This document shows positions 29,000-39,247 of a DNA stretch of 64,000 nucleotides, piece by piece (position 1 is the stretch's first letter; each line of letters begins with the position of its first letter). The DNA is from Crocinitomicaceae bacterium (GTDB lineage Bacteria > Bacteroidota > Bacteroidia > Flavobacteriales_D > Crocinitomicaceae): NCBI GenBank assembly GCA_037189645.1, contig JBBCIY010000002.1, forward strand, positions 460,922-524,921. The letters are read 5' to 3'. The position numbers and the translations under genes are program-made. A model generated the notes under the pieces. It ran no database searches. It was not told the DNA's origin and was given only the letters and a program-made list of their open reading frames with translations.

Positions 29000-31045
29000 G
29001 TGTCATCAGAATCAGATTCATGGAATAAATTAAACAGATTCATCATGGCACACGAGCACATTTACGACGAAAACGGGCAACAACTATGCTGTACACAATC
29101 AGAAAAGATATACGCAAAGGCAGAAGAACATTCCCATCATCATGACGGGCACGATCATGATCACAGCCATGACCATAGCGAAGCAGGTACGTTCAGTTTG
29201 TTTTTGCCTGCGGTTATTTCTTTTGTATTGCTGATGATTGCCATTGCATTTGACAATTGGCTTCCGCAAAGCTGGTTTTCGGGATGGGTACGTATTTTAT
29301 GGTACGTTGTGGCCTATATCCCGGTTGGATTCCCGGTCATAAAAGATGCCGTAACAAGTATCGGGAAAGGTGATGTGTTCTCCGAATTTTTCCTGATGAC
29401 CATTGCAACAGTCGGAGCTTTTGCGATCGGGGAATACCCGGAGGGAGTTGCGGTGATGCTGTTTTACGCAGTGGGTGAGGTGTTTCAGACACTCGCTGTT
29501 TCCCGTGCAAAAGGGAACATCAAATCGCTGCTGGATCAGCGTCCGGATGAAGTGACAATCCTCGAAAATGACGAGGCGAAGACCGTAAAAGCGGAAGAAG
29601 CCCGGATCGGTGACATCATCCAGCTGAGACCAGGAGAAAAGCTGGGACTGGACGGAGAGCTTATTTCTGCCTCTGCTTCGTTCAATACAGCAGCTTTAAC
29701 AGGAGAAAGTAAGCCCGATACGAAGAACCAGGGCGATGTAGTACTGGCCGGGATGATCAACCTGAATACAGTGAGCCGGGTCAGGGTTACGACAGCATAT
29801 ACGGACAGCAAATTGAGCAAGATACTGGAGCTCGTACAAAACGCCACTTCCCAGAAAGCACCTACAGAGCTGTTCATCCGCAAATTTGCCAAGATCTATA
29901 CCCCGATCGTGGTGTTTCTGGCAATCGGGATTTGTTTCCTGCCTTATTTCTTTGTGGATGATTACCAGTTCAATGATTGGTTATACCGGGCGTTGATCTT
30001 CCTCGTGATCTCCTGTCCGTGCGCACTCGTCATTTCCATCCCGCTGGGTTATTTCGGAGGGATCGGTGCTGCCAGCCGGAACGGAATACTGGTAAAAGGA
30101 AGCAATTTCTTGGATGTGCTCGCCTCTGTTCAAAACGTGGTGATGGACAAGACGGGAACCATGACTGAAGGTGTGTTTAAGGTGCAGGAGGTGGTATTTG
30201 CTCCTGAGTTTGACCGGGATGAGATCCTGCGGATGGTCAACGTGCTGGAAAGCCAGAGTACACACCCGATCGCAACGGCTGTCCGTGAGTATGTCGGTGA
30301 GCTGGATAAAACCGTTCAGCTGGAAAATACGGAAGAGATCGCAGGACATGGACTGAAAACAACCATCAACGGGAAAGAATTGCTTGCCGGGAATTTCAAA
30401 TTGATGAATAAATTCAATATCCGGTATGGTATCAATCCTTCGGATATTGTGTACACAACGATCGCAATTGCTTACGACAGTCAGTTTGTCGGATACATTA
30501 CCATTGCCGACAGCATCAAAGAAGATTCACAGAAAACCATTGACCTGCTGCACCAGATGAATGTGAAAGCAACGATGTTGAGTGGTGACAAAAGTACGGT
30601 TGTTAAATACGTTGCCGGACAATTGGGAATCGATAATTCGCATGGAGATTTATTGCCGGAAGATAAGGTAAACAAGGTAAAAGAAATAAAAGCCCGAAAT
30701 GAAAGCGTTGCGTTTGTCGGTGATGGTGTAAACGATGCCCCGGTAATTGCCTTGAGTGATGTAGGGATCGCGATGGGAGGGCTGGGCAGCGATGCAACCA
30801 TTGAAACAGCGGATATTGTTATCCAGGACGATAAACCTTCCAGGATCCCGGTGGCGATCAACATTGGAAAGCAGACAAAAAAGATCGTCTGGCAGAACAT
30901 TATTCTTGCCTTTGGCGTCAAAGCAATTGTGCTGATCCTGGGAGCAGGGGGCCTGGCAACGATGTGGGAAGCCGTTTTTGCAGATGTGGGAGTGGCATTA
31001 CTGGCAATCCTGAATGCAGTGAGGATCCAGCGGATGCAGTTTTGA
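29000..31045 (+). CDS. Heavy-metal (Zn/Cd/Pb-type) translocating P1B-ATPase with His-rich N-terminus
   Basis: 681 aa. TM CPC motif (SCPCALVIS). DKTGT phosphorylation site. GDGVNDAP hinge. HP motif (STHPIA). N-terminal His-rich metal-binding stretch HSHHHDGHDHDHSHDHSE instead of a CxxC HMA domain. Confidence 0.9.
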   Translation: MSSESDSWNKLNRFIMAHEHIYDENGQQLCCTQSEKIYAKAEEHSHHHDGHDHDHSHDHSEAGTFSLFLPAVISFVLLMIAIAFDNWLPQSWFSGWVRILWYVVAYIPVGFPVIKDAVTSIGKGDVFSEFFLMTIATVGAFAIGEYPEGVAVMLFYAVGEVFQTLAVSRAKGNIKSLLDQRPDEVTILENDEAKTVKAEEARIGDIIQLRPGEKLGLDGELISASASFNTAALTGESKPDTKNQGDVVLAGMINLNTVSRVRVTTAYTDSKLSKILELVQNATSQKAPTELFIRKFAKIYTPIVVFLAIGICFLPYFFVDDYQFNDWLYRALIFLVISCPCALVISIPLGYFGGIGAASRNGILVKGSNFLDVLASVQNVVMDKTGTMTEGVFKVQEVVFAPEFDRDEILRMVNVLESQSTHPIATAVREYVGELDKTVQLENTEEIAGHGLKTTINGKELLAGNFKLMNKFNIRYGINPSDIVYTTIAIAYDSQFVGYITIADSIKEDSQKTIDLLHQMNVKATMLSGDKSTVVKYVAGQLGIDNSHGDLLPEDKVNKVKEIKARNESVAFVGDGVNDAPVIALSDVGIAMGGLGSDATIETADIVIQDDKPSRIPVAINIGKQTKKIVWQNIILAFGVKAIVLILGAGGLATMWEAVFADVGVALLAILNAVRIQRMQF

Positions 31046-31057
31046 AAAATGATATAT

Positions 31058-31597
31058 TTACTGATTTACATTACATGAACTGTAACATTTGATTTTATTA
31101 TTGTCCTTTACTTCTTCGTTCCAAGGGCCACTTGATATAACTATCAGTAAATATACGATAGCAAACACAATTATTAAAATAGGAATTGAAATTTTATTTC
31201 TTAAAATTCTTCCCCAGTAGCTGATTTTGTATGTTTTTCCATCTACTACTACTTTTCCTCCATCCGCGAATTTTTGTCCTGTATTAGAGATTAATTTCCA
31301 ATTTTTAGGTTCTGACTCTCTTGATTGTGCCATCCTTACCTGATAAAAGTCAGAATTTCTTTTGTATGTACCGTACCAAGGTAATATAAGAGAAAACCCG
31401 ATAAGCCCAGATATGAAACAAGGTAGATTATAGTTGAACAATAAGTTCTCTTTAAAAGCATTTTGAACAAGGAAACCTAAAAAGATAGTGTGTACCAATA
31501 GGAACGTCGAAAAAATAGTCCACAAAAACTGAGCCTCAAAGATTAAAAGATCGAGAGTCGATTTGTATTTTTCTAAATTCAATTGTTTTTTATTCAT
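31058..31597 (-). CDS. Hypothetical membrane protein (AT-rich orphan)
   Basis: 179 aa with 3-4 TMs. Lies in a markedly AT-rich segment (31050-32900). No family recognised. Confidence 0.4.
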   Translation of the reverse strand: MNKKQLNLEKYKSTLDLLIFEAQFLWTIFSTFLLVHTIFLGFLVQNAFKENLLFNYNLPCFISGLIGFSLILPWYGTYKRNSDFYQVRMAQSRESEPKNWKLISNTGQKFADGGKVVVDGKTYKISYWGRILRNKISIPILIIVFAIVYLLIVISSGPWNEEVKDNNKIKCYSSCNVNQ

Positions 31598-31926
31598 ATG
31601 TCTGCAGAAATAGATTTGTTGCGTAAATTGGGAGCAGTGATTACCTTGTAGAAATTAGTTATTACTTTGATTATCTGATGATAAATTACTAATTTTTTAC
31701 TATAGGTAACAAAACTGTATTCGGTCTCTGGTTATGAGAACGAATAAATACAATCATAATAAAGTTACCTAAATTATAGGATATTACAAAATAATAAACG
31801 CATATTCACAGTAGATGTTGAGTTTCGAATCAAGGCCGCTCATATATGAAGATTATATGAACAGCCTTGCTGATTCATCAATGATTTAACTACATTATAC
31901 TTATATCGTACAGATGTACTATGGTG

Positions 31927-32571
31927 TTATTTTATATTAATTTTTATTTGTCTACCTGCTCCTGCTGCTCCTAAATTGATTACAGAGGGCCGTTCGATCT
32001 GAATATCAGGAGTGTCGATGTCAAATCTTAATTGAGCTGGTCGAATTGCTTTACAAGGGTCGTAATCGCTTAAATCCACTAAATTAAAATTGTATTGAGG
32101 AGGAAAACTTTTAATGAGGTGTCCATCCCATTCTAATGAGAATAAATGTGGGAAACAACCACCACTGTAATTGACATCAACAATCAATTGATTAGCTTTT
32201 TGATTAAATGCTGCCCCTCTTAAATTGGTAAAATTAGCTTGTTTTGTAGTGAAGCTATTAACTTTTTTAACTTTTAGTTGAATAGTTTCATAATCAGATT
32301 CCTTTGGATCCAAGGTGGGTTGGGTGATCTTTACTCCATTAGCATTTTCATTTCCTGTCCATGGTGCTTCTACTGAAAATGGAACCATCATATCAGCACC
32401 AAATACTGAGGTGGGAACTATTTCAAGTGTATATTCCCATATACCATCCTCTGGCTCTTTTACATAAATATGTTCACTAAGTTGAACACTTAAATTAGTT
32501 CTCGAAAGTTGTCCTGATACAACTACTCTTCCATCAGCCGTAATGTCAATTTGTTGAATATAAGCTCTCAT
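31927..32571 (-). CDS. Hypothetical protein (AT-rich orphan)
   Basis: 214-aa ORF with coding-like composition but no recognisable motifs. Preceded by a long AT-rich leader. Confidence 0.4.
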   Translation of the reverse strand: MRAYIQQIDITADGRVVVSGQLSRTNLSVQLSEHIYVKEPEDGIWEYTLEIVPTSVFGADMMVPFSVEAPWTGNENANGVKITQPTLDPKESDYETIQLKVKKVNSFTTKQANFTNLRGAAFNQKANQLIVDVNYSGGCFPHLFSLEWDGHLIKSFPPQYNFNLVDLSDYDPCKAIRPAQLRFDIDTPDIQIERPSVINLGAAGAGRQIKINIK

Positions 32572-32924
32572 TGTTATTATAGATTAATTGTTACAATTTG
32601 TTGCGGACTTACTTATCAGTTATTTGTAAAATAAAACTCTTATAATAGCTTTACATAAGAAATATGAAAGCCAGTTTTTAAATTATTTAGTAAAACAAAT
32701 AACAAGCAATATTCATAAGTATCCTTATTCGTGAGTTCGCTTTTGCCAAAGGTAAATTCTTTTTTTCTTTTTGTTTCAGGTATAAATGACTGGTTTTTAG
32801 AATGGTATAAATGCCTGTTTAATGATTTGGAACCGGAAGGCGTAAATTCCCATACGCATAATGGTCTGCTCTTAATGTGTGATTAAAAGTCAGTTTCAAG
32901 AAGAGTTGATTCTGGTTTTATATA

Positions 32925-33836
32925 TCAGCGAATGTATTCTGAACGGTAATGAAGCCGATACAAATACTCCTGTTCTGCCTGCCCCGGGGTCGGAACCAGG
33001 TTGCCTGTACATTTTAACCGCTTCAGGTCCATCAGCGTAGAGTAACCGCAATAGCTGTGAATGACCTTCGCTTTGTAAAACAGTTCGTCCGTTTCCTGCC
33101 AGTTCTCAGGGGAAATTACACGCCTGTCTTCATGGGGGATTTCAGATAGGATGAAATCCAGATCAGTATTTTGAATGAGTTTTTCCAGTAATTGACGATT
33201 GTATGGATGAGGGCCGTTGCAGACACCCAGTTCAATTGTTTTTTCTACCGTAGAATTGCTTTCAAACCGGCTGAAATGGCCGATGCAGGAGGCATTTTCC
33301 AGGTTTCCTTTCCGGCTTAGCTTTCCAGCCAGCGGGTGTTGCTCATCATCCATGATCCAGATGAAATTGAATTTTTTCATCCACTTTTTATGAAGGAACT
33401 GAGCAGGGAATTGCCACCATTTCAAAGCCAGCTGAACCTGGTGAGTGATGAAAACAGAGGGCATTTTTTTACTGTAAAAACCGTAGCGATGATCAGAAAC
33501 AACCAATGAAACCTGGTGACTGGCAACAAGTTTTTCCACTTCTTGCTGCTCCCACGCAACAAAATCAGTTAATGATTTTCGGCTTTTCAGCAGGTCCGAT
33601 GTAAAATCTCCCGTTCCTGAAAAATGAAACGGGTAGTTTTGAAAAGAAATGTGCTCAACGCCTGGAACATACGCTTTAAGAATTAAAAAATCATCAATGG
33701 AACAAGCGACCAGCAACGTATTGTTCTGACCGGCTAATCTGCGGCAGACATCAATGGAACGTGACAAATGACCCTTCCCCCAATTGAGAAAGGAAAGTAA
33801 GATCCGTTGGTTGTTTATGGATTCAAAGTCGTACAT
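32925..33836 (-). CDS. Putative MurG/GT28-like (GT-B) glycosyltransferase
   Basis: 303 aa. N-terminal G-rich loop (NWGKGHLSRSIDVCRRL). C-terminal nucleotide-sugar binding region ending GQAEQEYLYRL, loosely resembling the MurG/MGT C-domain. Weak assignment. Confidence 0.45.
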   Translation of the reverse strand: MYDFESINNQRILLSFLNWGKGHLSRSIDVCRRLAGQNNTLLVACSIDDFLILKAYVPGVEHISFQNYPFHFSGTGDFTSDLLKSRKSLTDFVAWEQQEVEKLVASHQVSLVVSDHRYGFYSKKMPSVFITHQVQLALKWWQFPAQFLHKKWMKKFNFIWIMDDEQHPLAGKLSRKGNLENASCIGHFSRFESNSTVEKTIELGVCNGPHPYNRQLLEKLIQNTDLDFILSEIPHEDRRVISPENWQETDELFYKAKVIHSYCGYSTLMDLKRLKCTGNLVPTPGQAEQEYLYRLHYRSEYIR

Positions 33837-33906
33837 CTTTTACCGGAAATCCGTGTAGTTAGCTGGGTATGTGCTGAAAGGAACCTTTATGTTCTTTAAC
33901 GGCTTT

Positions 33907-34821
33907 TTAATGTGTTTTTGTCATGTTCGGATTCACGCAAATAATGAATTTAGCCCTCCCGATGTGATCTTTGTCCAGCTGTTTGAAATCTTCCTGTTCG
34001 ATTGTTGTGATCGTTGTGTAGGTCACATGCGGGCGCAGGCGTTTCAGGTACCAGATGATCCCCTGGTCGAAATCGGTATGAAATGCACCATTGAAGTGGA
34101 TGAATTGTGTTCCGGGAGTCCAGTATTGATCAATGAATTTCGCCATTGTGGCATCTTTGATCGCCTGTGCGTGGATGAAATTCAGCCCCTTTGCGTGGTC
34201 GGTTGACATCTGGAGCATCAGCCTGTACTGCGAAAGTGTGGTATCAACCGGAAAATCTTTTTCACACATAAAGGCATATTCGCTCTGTTTTATCGTGTCC
34301 AATGCAGCTCTCCCGTTCCTGAATGTCGTGCTGGCGATCCTCCTGGGGATATTGGAGGCCACACAGAAGATCCCTTTTTCTTTCGCGAATCGTACCAGTG
34401 GACGGTAATCCGTTTTGTAATTCGACCACAGCCGCATGCTGTCCTCAAATGACTTTTCCTCCCGTTTTCCCTGCAGGAAATCCGTCATCAGCGATTGCTG
34501 GTCAGCTTCGAACATTTCAAACCCCAGTGTCAGCTTGTTCCCGTTTTGTGCCGCTAAATCCTTTGTCAGCTCGTATTGCAGCCAGTGAGCGACCGGGTTG
34601 TTGTGGTATTCTCCGAAAAATGTGATCTCTGATTCAGAGGCCGCCTTTAATAATTGCTTATAGCTGATTTTTTTTCCCTTTTCGTTGAAGATAACGTAGG
34701 CTTGCTTGTCCTGTGAAAAAGCGGATGCCATCCAGGCAAAAGCAAACACGAGTGTAACTAATTTATTCATTACTGATTTTTTTCCAAAAATACATGCTAT
34801 TCGGGAGATGAGCAATACCAT
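33907..34821 (-). CDS. ChaN-like (haem-binding uptake/Tiki superfamily, PF04187-like) lipoprotein
   Basis: 304 aa with a signal peptide. FFGEYHNNPVAHWLQYEL matches the GE-H-DNP-HH core of the ChaN/Tiki/TraB fold. Confidence 0.5.
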   Translation of the reverse strand: MVLLISRIACIFGKKSVMNKLVTLVFAFAWMASAFSQDKQAYVIFNEKGKKISYKQLLKAASESEITFFGEYHNNPVAHWLQYELTKDLAAQNGNKLTLGFEMFEADQQSLMTDFLQGKREEKSFEDSMRLWSNYKTDYRPLVRFAKEKGIFCVASNIPRRIASTTFRNGRAALDTIKQSEYAFMCEKDFPVDTTLSQYRLMLQMSTDHAKGLNFIHAQAIKDATMAKFIDQYWTPGTQFIHFNGAFHTDFDQGIIWYLKRLRPHVTYTTITTIEQEDFKQLDKDHIGRAKFIICVNPNMTKTH

Positions 34822-34886
34822 TATTGCGTCACTTTCATTTTAGAACATGTGAACAACGGAAATGTGCAGATATTAACGGGGGCCCT

Positions 34887-35132
34887 TTACGGTCCGTTTT
34901 CTGCAAATAATTCGGAAACATTGATTCCAAGCGCCTTTGTTATCTTCAGCATCGTGCTTACTTTCATCTCTTGTCTCCCCTTGATGTATTTCCTTAAATT
35001 CTCCACATCCATATCTGCATCGTGAGCAACTTCCCTGGTCTTCAGACCTTTCTCCTTTATCAGGAATTCAATTCGCTTTCCAAGCCTGATAATTTCCTCC
35101 GGCATCTCCGTTTTCCGTGCACGTTTTTCCAT
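34887..35132 (-). CDS. XRE-family HTH transcriptional regulator
   Basis: 81 aa with a Cro/C1-type HTH (LGKRIEFLIKEKGLKTREVAHDADMDVENLRKYIKGRQEMKVSTMLKITKALGINVSELF). Confidence 0.7.
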   Translation of the reverse strand: MEKRARKTEMPEEIIRLGKRIEFLIKEKGLKTREVAHDADMDVENLRKYIKGRQEMKVSTMLKITKALGINVSELFAENGP

Positions 35133-35401
35133 GACCGAAAGTTATTTTCAATCAGTTTATTTTATGTGATTTTATACAATCGGTTACTTACAACTGAAAT
35201 TTTGTTAATTTTGTGAAGGAAACATTATTCAATAGGAAGATAGTTGAATAATTTTTGCTATACTTGAATTTTATTGATACTAGTTTACTGAGAAACAGGT
35301 AAGATGCTCACTTATCACCTAAAGCTACTCACTTATGAATTTTAGTTGTTCAATTGGACTTCGACTGACTAACTTCGCGCGCTCAAGTCCTGTAACCAGA
35401 T

Positions 35402-37042
35402 TTGCTATATATGAAAATACGAATTTACTTTAATTTCTGTTCAGTGGAAAAGTCGGCCGCCTCAATGCTGCTTATTCTTTTTATTTTGCTGACAGGGACT
35501 TCAAACGCTCAGAAAAGTGCGGAAGAGCAGCGATTTGACAGCATCTATTTTGAAACGGCAGTGAATGTTTCCGCGAAAGATATAAACAGGGCGATTAATA
35601 TTGCAGATTCCCTGTACCGGCATTCATCACTGGAAATTCACCAGCTGAAAGCACTGATGCTCTCTTCTTCGTTGTTCCAGCAAAAGGGAGATCTAAAGAC
35701 TTCCATTCAATATGCGAAAAAAGCGGATAAGCTTGCCGTGAAGTATAAGTTTTACGACTGGGAAGCAAGGATAGCCGGATTTTTGTCTACCCAATACCGG
35801 TTGATGGGATTGTATGAAGAAGGAGAAGAATACCTTGAGAAAGGGAAACAGGTAAGCCGTAAGGTGGATAACGAACACATAAAGACGCTGTACCTGGGGT
35901 TGATCTATCAGGAAACAGCCTATTATGAAGTGGAATACGAGGATTACAAGGCTGCTTACAAAGCCGCGAAGAGTGCAGATGTATATTTTGGCCAGATCCA
36001 GGATGAGCTGAATAAGAATTATTTCCTGGCGACGAACCAGGAGCTTTTCGGAAGGATCTGCATCGGATTGAAAGAATGGGATGAAGCGCTCGCTCATTTA
36101 AATGAAGCACTGGACAAACTCACACGGGTGACACAGAAAAGTGCGATGCTCAGCGGGTTTATATACAGTGGATTAGGGCGGGTCTATCTTGAGAAGAAAG
36201 ACCTGGCTGCCGCATTTGAAAATCTCCGTAAGGCTGAAGAGCTGGTAGAGCAAGCCGATTACCTGGGACTGAAAATTGAAGTTTACAAAACACTCGCAGA
36301 TTATTACCAGTCGACTGAAGATTACGCCCAATCTTCGCTATACAATACCAAGTATGTTGAAGCATTGGAGTTAAACGAAAAGAAAAAGAAGGAGTCAATT
36401 ACTGACTTTGTCAATTCCACGAAGTCTCAGGGAAAAGTGCTGGCATACAATAGGAATGTGCTGCTGATCGTGTCAATAGTGCTGTGCATTGTAATTATTT
36501 TAACGCTCATCCTGCACAGAAGAAGCCGGAAACGTGATTTTGAACGTTTCAAGGCCGTAATGAACAAAATGAGACAAAACCAGTACCTGAAAGAACAGCT
36601 GCCTGAGAAAGAAATAAATGACAAGAAAGAGCCGGAAAAGAAAAAGCTGATGTCGGATGCGGTTGAATCAAAGATCCTGAATGATCTGGAAGAGTTTGAA
36701 AAGGGAACCAGGTATACGGATAAGCATATTTCACTTACGCTTCTTGCGGGAATGTTGAACACCAATACCAAATATCTTTCTTATGTGCTGAACACACACA
36801 AGAATAAAGATTTTAATACCTATATAAATGAACTCCGCATCAACTATATCATTGAAAAAGTCGAAAAGAACAATGCGTTCAGGAATTATAAGTTAAGCGC
36901 CCTTGCGGATGAATGCGGTTTTTCATCCCACAGTAAATTTTCAGCTGTTTTTAAATCTGTAACGGGCTTTTCCCCGTCCATCTTTTTAGAATACCTGGAA
37001 AAAAGCAGGCTGGGGCAACAGGATGTTTCTGCTGTCAGCTGA
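35402..37042 (+). CDS. TPR-repeat/AraC-family HTH transcriptional regulator (membrane-anchored)
   Basis: 546 aa. Signal/TM, TPR-like repeats, internal TM (VLLIVSIVLCIVIILTLIL). C-terminal AraC HTH (YIIEKVEKNNAFRNYKLSALADECGFSSHSKFSAVFKSVTGFSPSIF). Common Bacteroidota architecture. Confidence 0.8.
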   Translation: MLYMKIRIYFNFCSVEKSAASMLLILFILLTGTSNAQKSAEEQRFDSIYFETAVNVSAKDINRAINIADSLYRHSSLEIHQLKALMLSSSLFQQKGDLKTSIQYAKKADKLAVKYKFYDWEARIAGFLSTQYRLMGLYEEGEEYLEKGKQVSRKVDNEHIKTLYLGLIYQETAYYEVEYEDYKAAYKAAKSADVYFGQIQDELNKNYFLATNQELFGRICIGLKEWDEALAHLNEALDKLTRVTQKSAMLSGFIYSGLGRVYLEKKDLAAAFENLRKAEELVEQADYLGLKIEVYKTLADYYQSTEDYAQSSLYNTKYVEALELNEKKKKESITDFVNSTKSQGKVLAYNRNVLLIVSIVLCIVIILTLILHRRSRKRDFERFKAVMNKMRQNQYLKEQLPEKEINDKKEPEKKKLMSDAVESKILNDLEEFEKGTRYTDKHISLTLLAGMLNTNTKYLSYVLNTHKNKDFNTYINELRINYIIEKVEKNNAFRNYKLSALADECGFSSHSKFSAVFKSVTGFSPSIFLEYLEKSRLGQQDVSAVS

Positions 37043-37362
37043 TGTTTTTTGAAGCGAAGATCAAACCTCAGAAAGATTCAATAAAACAGAGAGGTAGAAT
37101 ACGGATGGAAGAAGTGTTAAATGATTTCAACGCAGCTGACCGGACCGGTTTTCTACGATAAAATAAAAAATGAAGGAAGTTATGAAGAGCTGTTCACTGT
37201 TTGTAATATATGTATTAACGTGTTATTTGTTAGCTTTTTAAATGGTATTTTGTGCTGTCTGAATTCGGTAAAACGGATACAGTTATTTTTTTAGGGCAGG
37301 TTATTTCGTACTACATTTGCGCCTCCATTTCCAAACTGATCACTGAATATGAAAATTAAAAA

Positions 37363-38748
37363 ATGAAAAAGAAAGCAATACTGTTAACTTCTTGTAGCTT
37401 ATGCTTATTTACCACTGTCTTTTTTGGAATGCTGGTATTTACATGTCCTGCGCAAACGAGCGTGACACGTATTTATACTGATCATCAAGGATTTTTTACC
37501 AGCGCTAGCTCCAGTCCTCACAGTGTGGATGTGGCTACGCATCATCTTCTGGCATTCCAGACCGGCTCAACGGTATGGTCAACCGGAGTGAACGATGATG
37601 TGCTGTCTGCAAATACCGTGAATTTTGTACCGCTGGAATTCCAGGCAATGCCCGCAACGGTGCATGGATACCAGACAAATGGCGCGTTTATCGGGATCGG
37701 CCGGCAATATGGCGGTTTCTGGGGTGACAACGGGTGCTCTCCGGCGGTAAGTCCTCCTTTTGGGAATGACATTTCAGCTTATCTTACAGATGGGATCCAG
37801 GGACTTGATTTATCTACGGCAATTTTTAATATAGGAGGAAATATCGCTTATACAGTTAACAATATCTATGAGTTTATGATAGGGGACGGCATCCCCGACA
37901 TCATTGTCACTCAAACAGGTGATGCCGGTGGATCGCAGGACTATTTTCGTTTCCGGGATTCCTATGGTAATATTGTAGGAACACAGAAAGCGATTAATTT
38001 CACCTCCGTTGATGCGGTCGCTTATCCTTTCTGGAAATTCTACAATATGGGAAATCTTGGCTGTGGCGGTTCTGCTGCAGGTACAAGGCCGCTTCGTATT
38101 TTAGCATTCGATCTGGCTGATCTCGGAATTACGGCATCCAATTACATGAACATCGCGACATTCGAGCACCAGCTGAGCCCGACAAGCGATGTGGCTTTTG
38201 TCGCCTACAATACGCTTTCTATTGATATACTCCCGGTTACGCTTGTCAATTTCAATGCGGAAATGCGCGGAAGACAGGTGTTGCTCACCTGGGAAACGGC
38301 GTCCGAAATAAACAATGATCTTTTTACTGTTGAAAGAAGCTCAGACGGTTTTGTCTGGGAAAAGGTATTGACCAGGAAAGGGGCCGGTACATCAAATGAA
38401 CTTTTGTTTTATGAGGAAACAGATCCGTTCCCGTTGCAGGGAACAGCCTATTACCGTCTGAAACAAACAGATTTCAGTGGAAATTATACGTATTCGGATA
38501 TCGTGGCGGTCAACGTAAACAGGGAACTGGAGATCTACCCGAATCCCGTTTCCGGGATACTTTCCATAAGAGGCGGTAATAATGGAGATATCAAAATCGT
38601 GAATGCGTTGGGGGCAGATGTTACGGGGCAGGTTGTATTTGTAAACAAGAGCCCGGGTTTTATACAGGTAAATTTTTCAAACCTTAGGAGAGGATATTAT
38701 TTTATTCATTACGAAGCAGAAGTATATCCTGTTATTGTGATGGATTGA
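37363..38748 (+). CDS. Secreted hypothetical protein, T9SS type-A cargo
   Basis: 461 aa with a signal peptide. C-terminal Por_Secre_tail (LEIYPNPVSGILSIRGG...GYYFIHYEAEVYPVIVMD). Confidence 0.7.
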   Translation: MKKKAILLTSCSLCLFTTVFFGMLVFTCPAQTSVTRIYTDHQGFFTSASSSPHSVDVATHHLLAFQTGSTVWSTGVNDDVLSANTVNFVPLEFQAMPATVHGYQTNGAFIGIGRQYGGFWGDNGCSPAVSPPFGNDISAYLTDGIQGLDLSTAIFNIGGNIAYTVNNIYEFMIGDGIPDIIVTQTGDAGGSQDYFRFRDSYGNIVGTQKAINFTSVDAVAYPFWKFYNMGNLGCGGSAAGTRPLRILAFDLADLGITASNYMNIATFEHQLSPTSDVAFVAYNTLSIDILPVTLVNFNAEMRGRQVLLTWETASEINNDLFTVERSSDGFVWEKVLTRKGAGTSNELLFYEETDPFPLQGTAYYRLKQTDFSGNYTYSDIVAVNVNRELEIYPNPVSGILSIRGGNNGDIKIVNALGADVTGQVVFVNKSPGFIQVNFSNLRRGYYFIHYEAEVYPVIVMD

Positions 38749-38879
38749 CGTTATTGAATGTTATAGTAGTTTCTATTGTTAGCACAGGTTAGGTAAACTT
38801 CAGGGGAGCAGAAATGTTCCCCCGGAGTCTTTTATAAGTAGTGGATGGTTAGTTAAGTAGTAGATTGTGATTTCTACGG

Positions 38880-38912
38880 AAAGGCTGTTTCTTTTTGAAG
38901 CAGCCTTTTTTA
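38880..38912 (+). terminator. Intrinsic terminator downstream of the 37363-38748 gene
   Basis: AAGGCTG (38880-38886) pairs with CAGCCTT (38900-38906), followed by TTTTTTAAT. Sequence is related to the terminator at 49778-49812. Confidence 0.5.
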
Positions 38913-39247
38913 ATGGGTATAGGAAAGTGAAATAATTACAGGATAAAAGAATTACTCCGGGGTGTGGAATACAGAATTTAAAAGAAGGTTTTTTCCATGC
39001 TTTTGAGCTTTTTTTCGCCGGTTTCTATGCCGCGGTATTTTTCCCGGTGATCTGAATAGAGGTAAATAAGCAGAAATAGATTTGTAAAGAAGTAATTGTC
39101 TTGTTTTCAAATGGTAACAGTTGTGTCTGAAAAGGTGAAATGCTGTTTAAATTCATGAATACGGATATACATTCTTAAAAATAAGGACCCATAGCGGTCT
39201 ATCTTCGCACCGAATTTTTTAACAAATCTTAAATAACTATTTTCATT

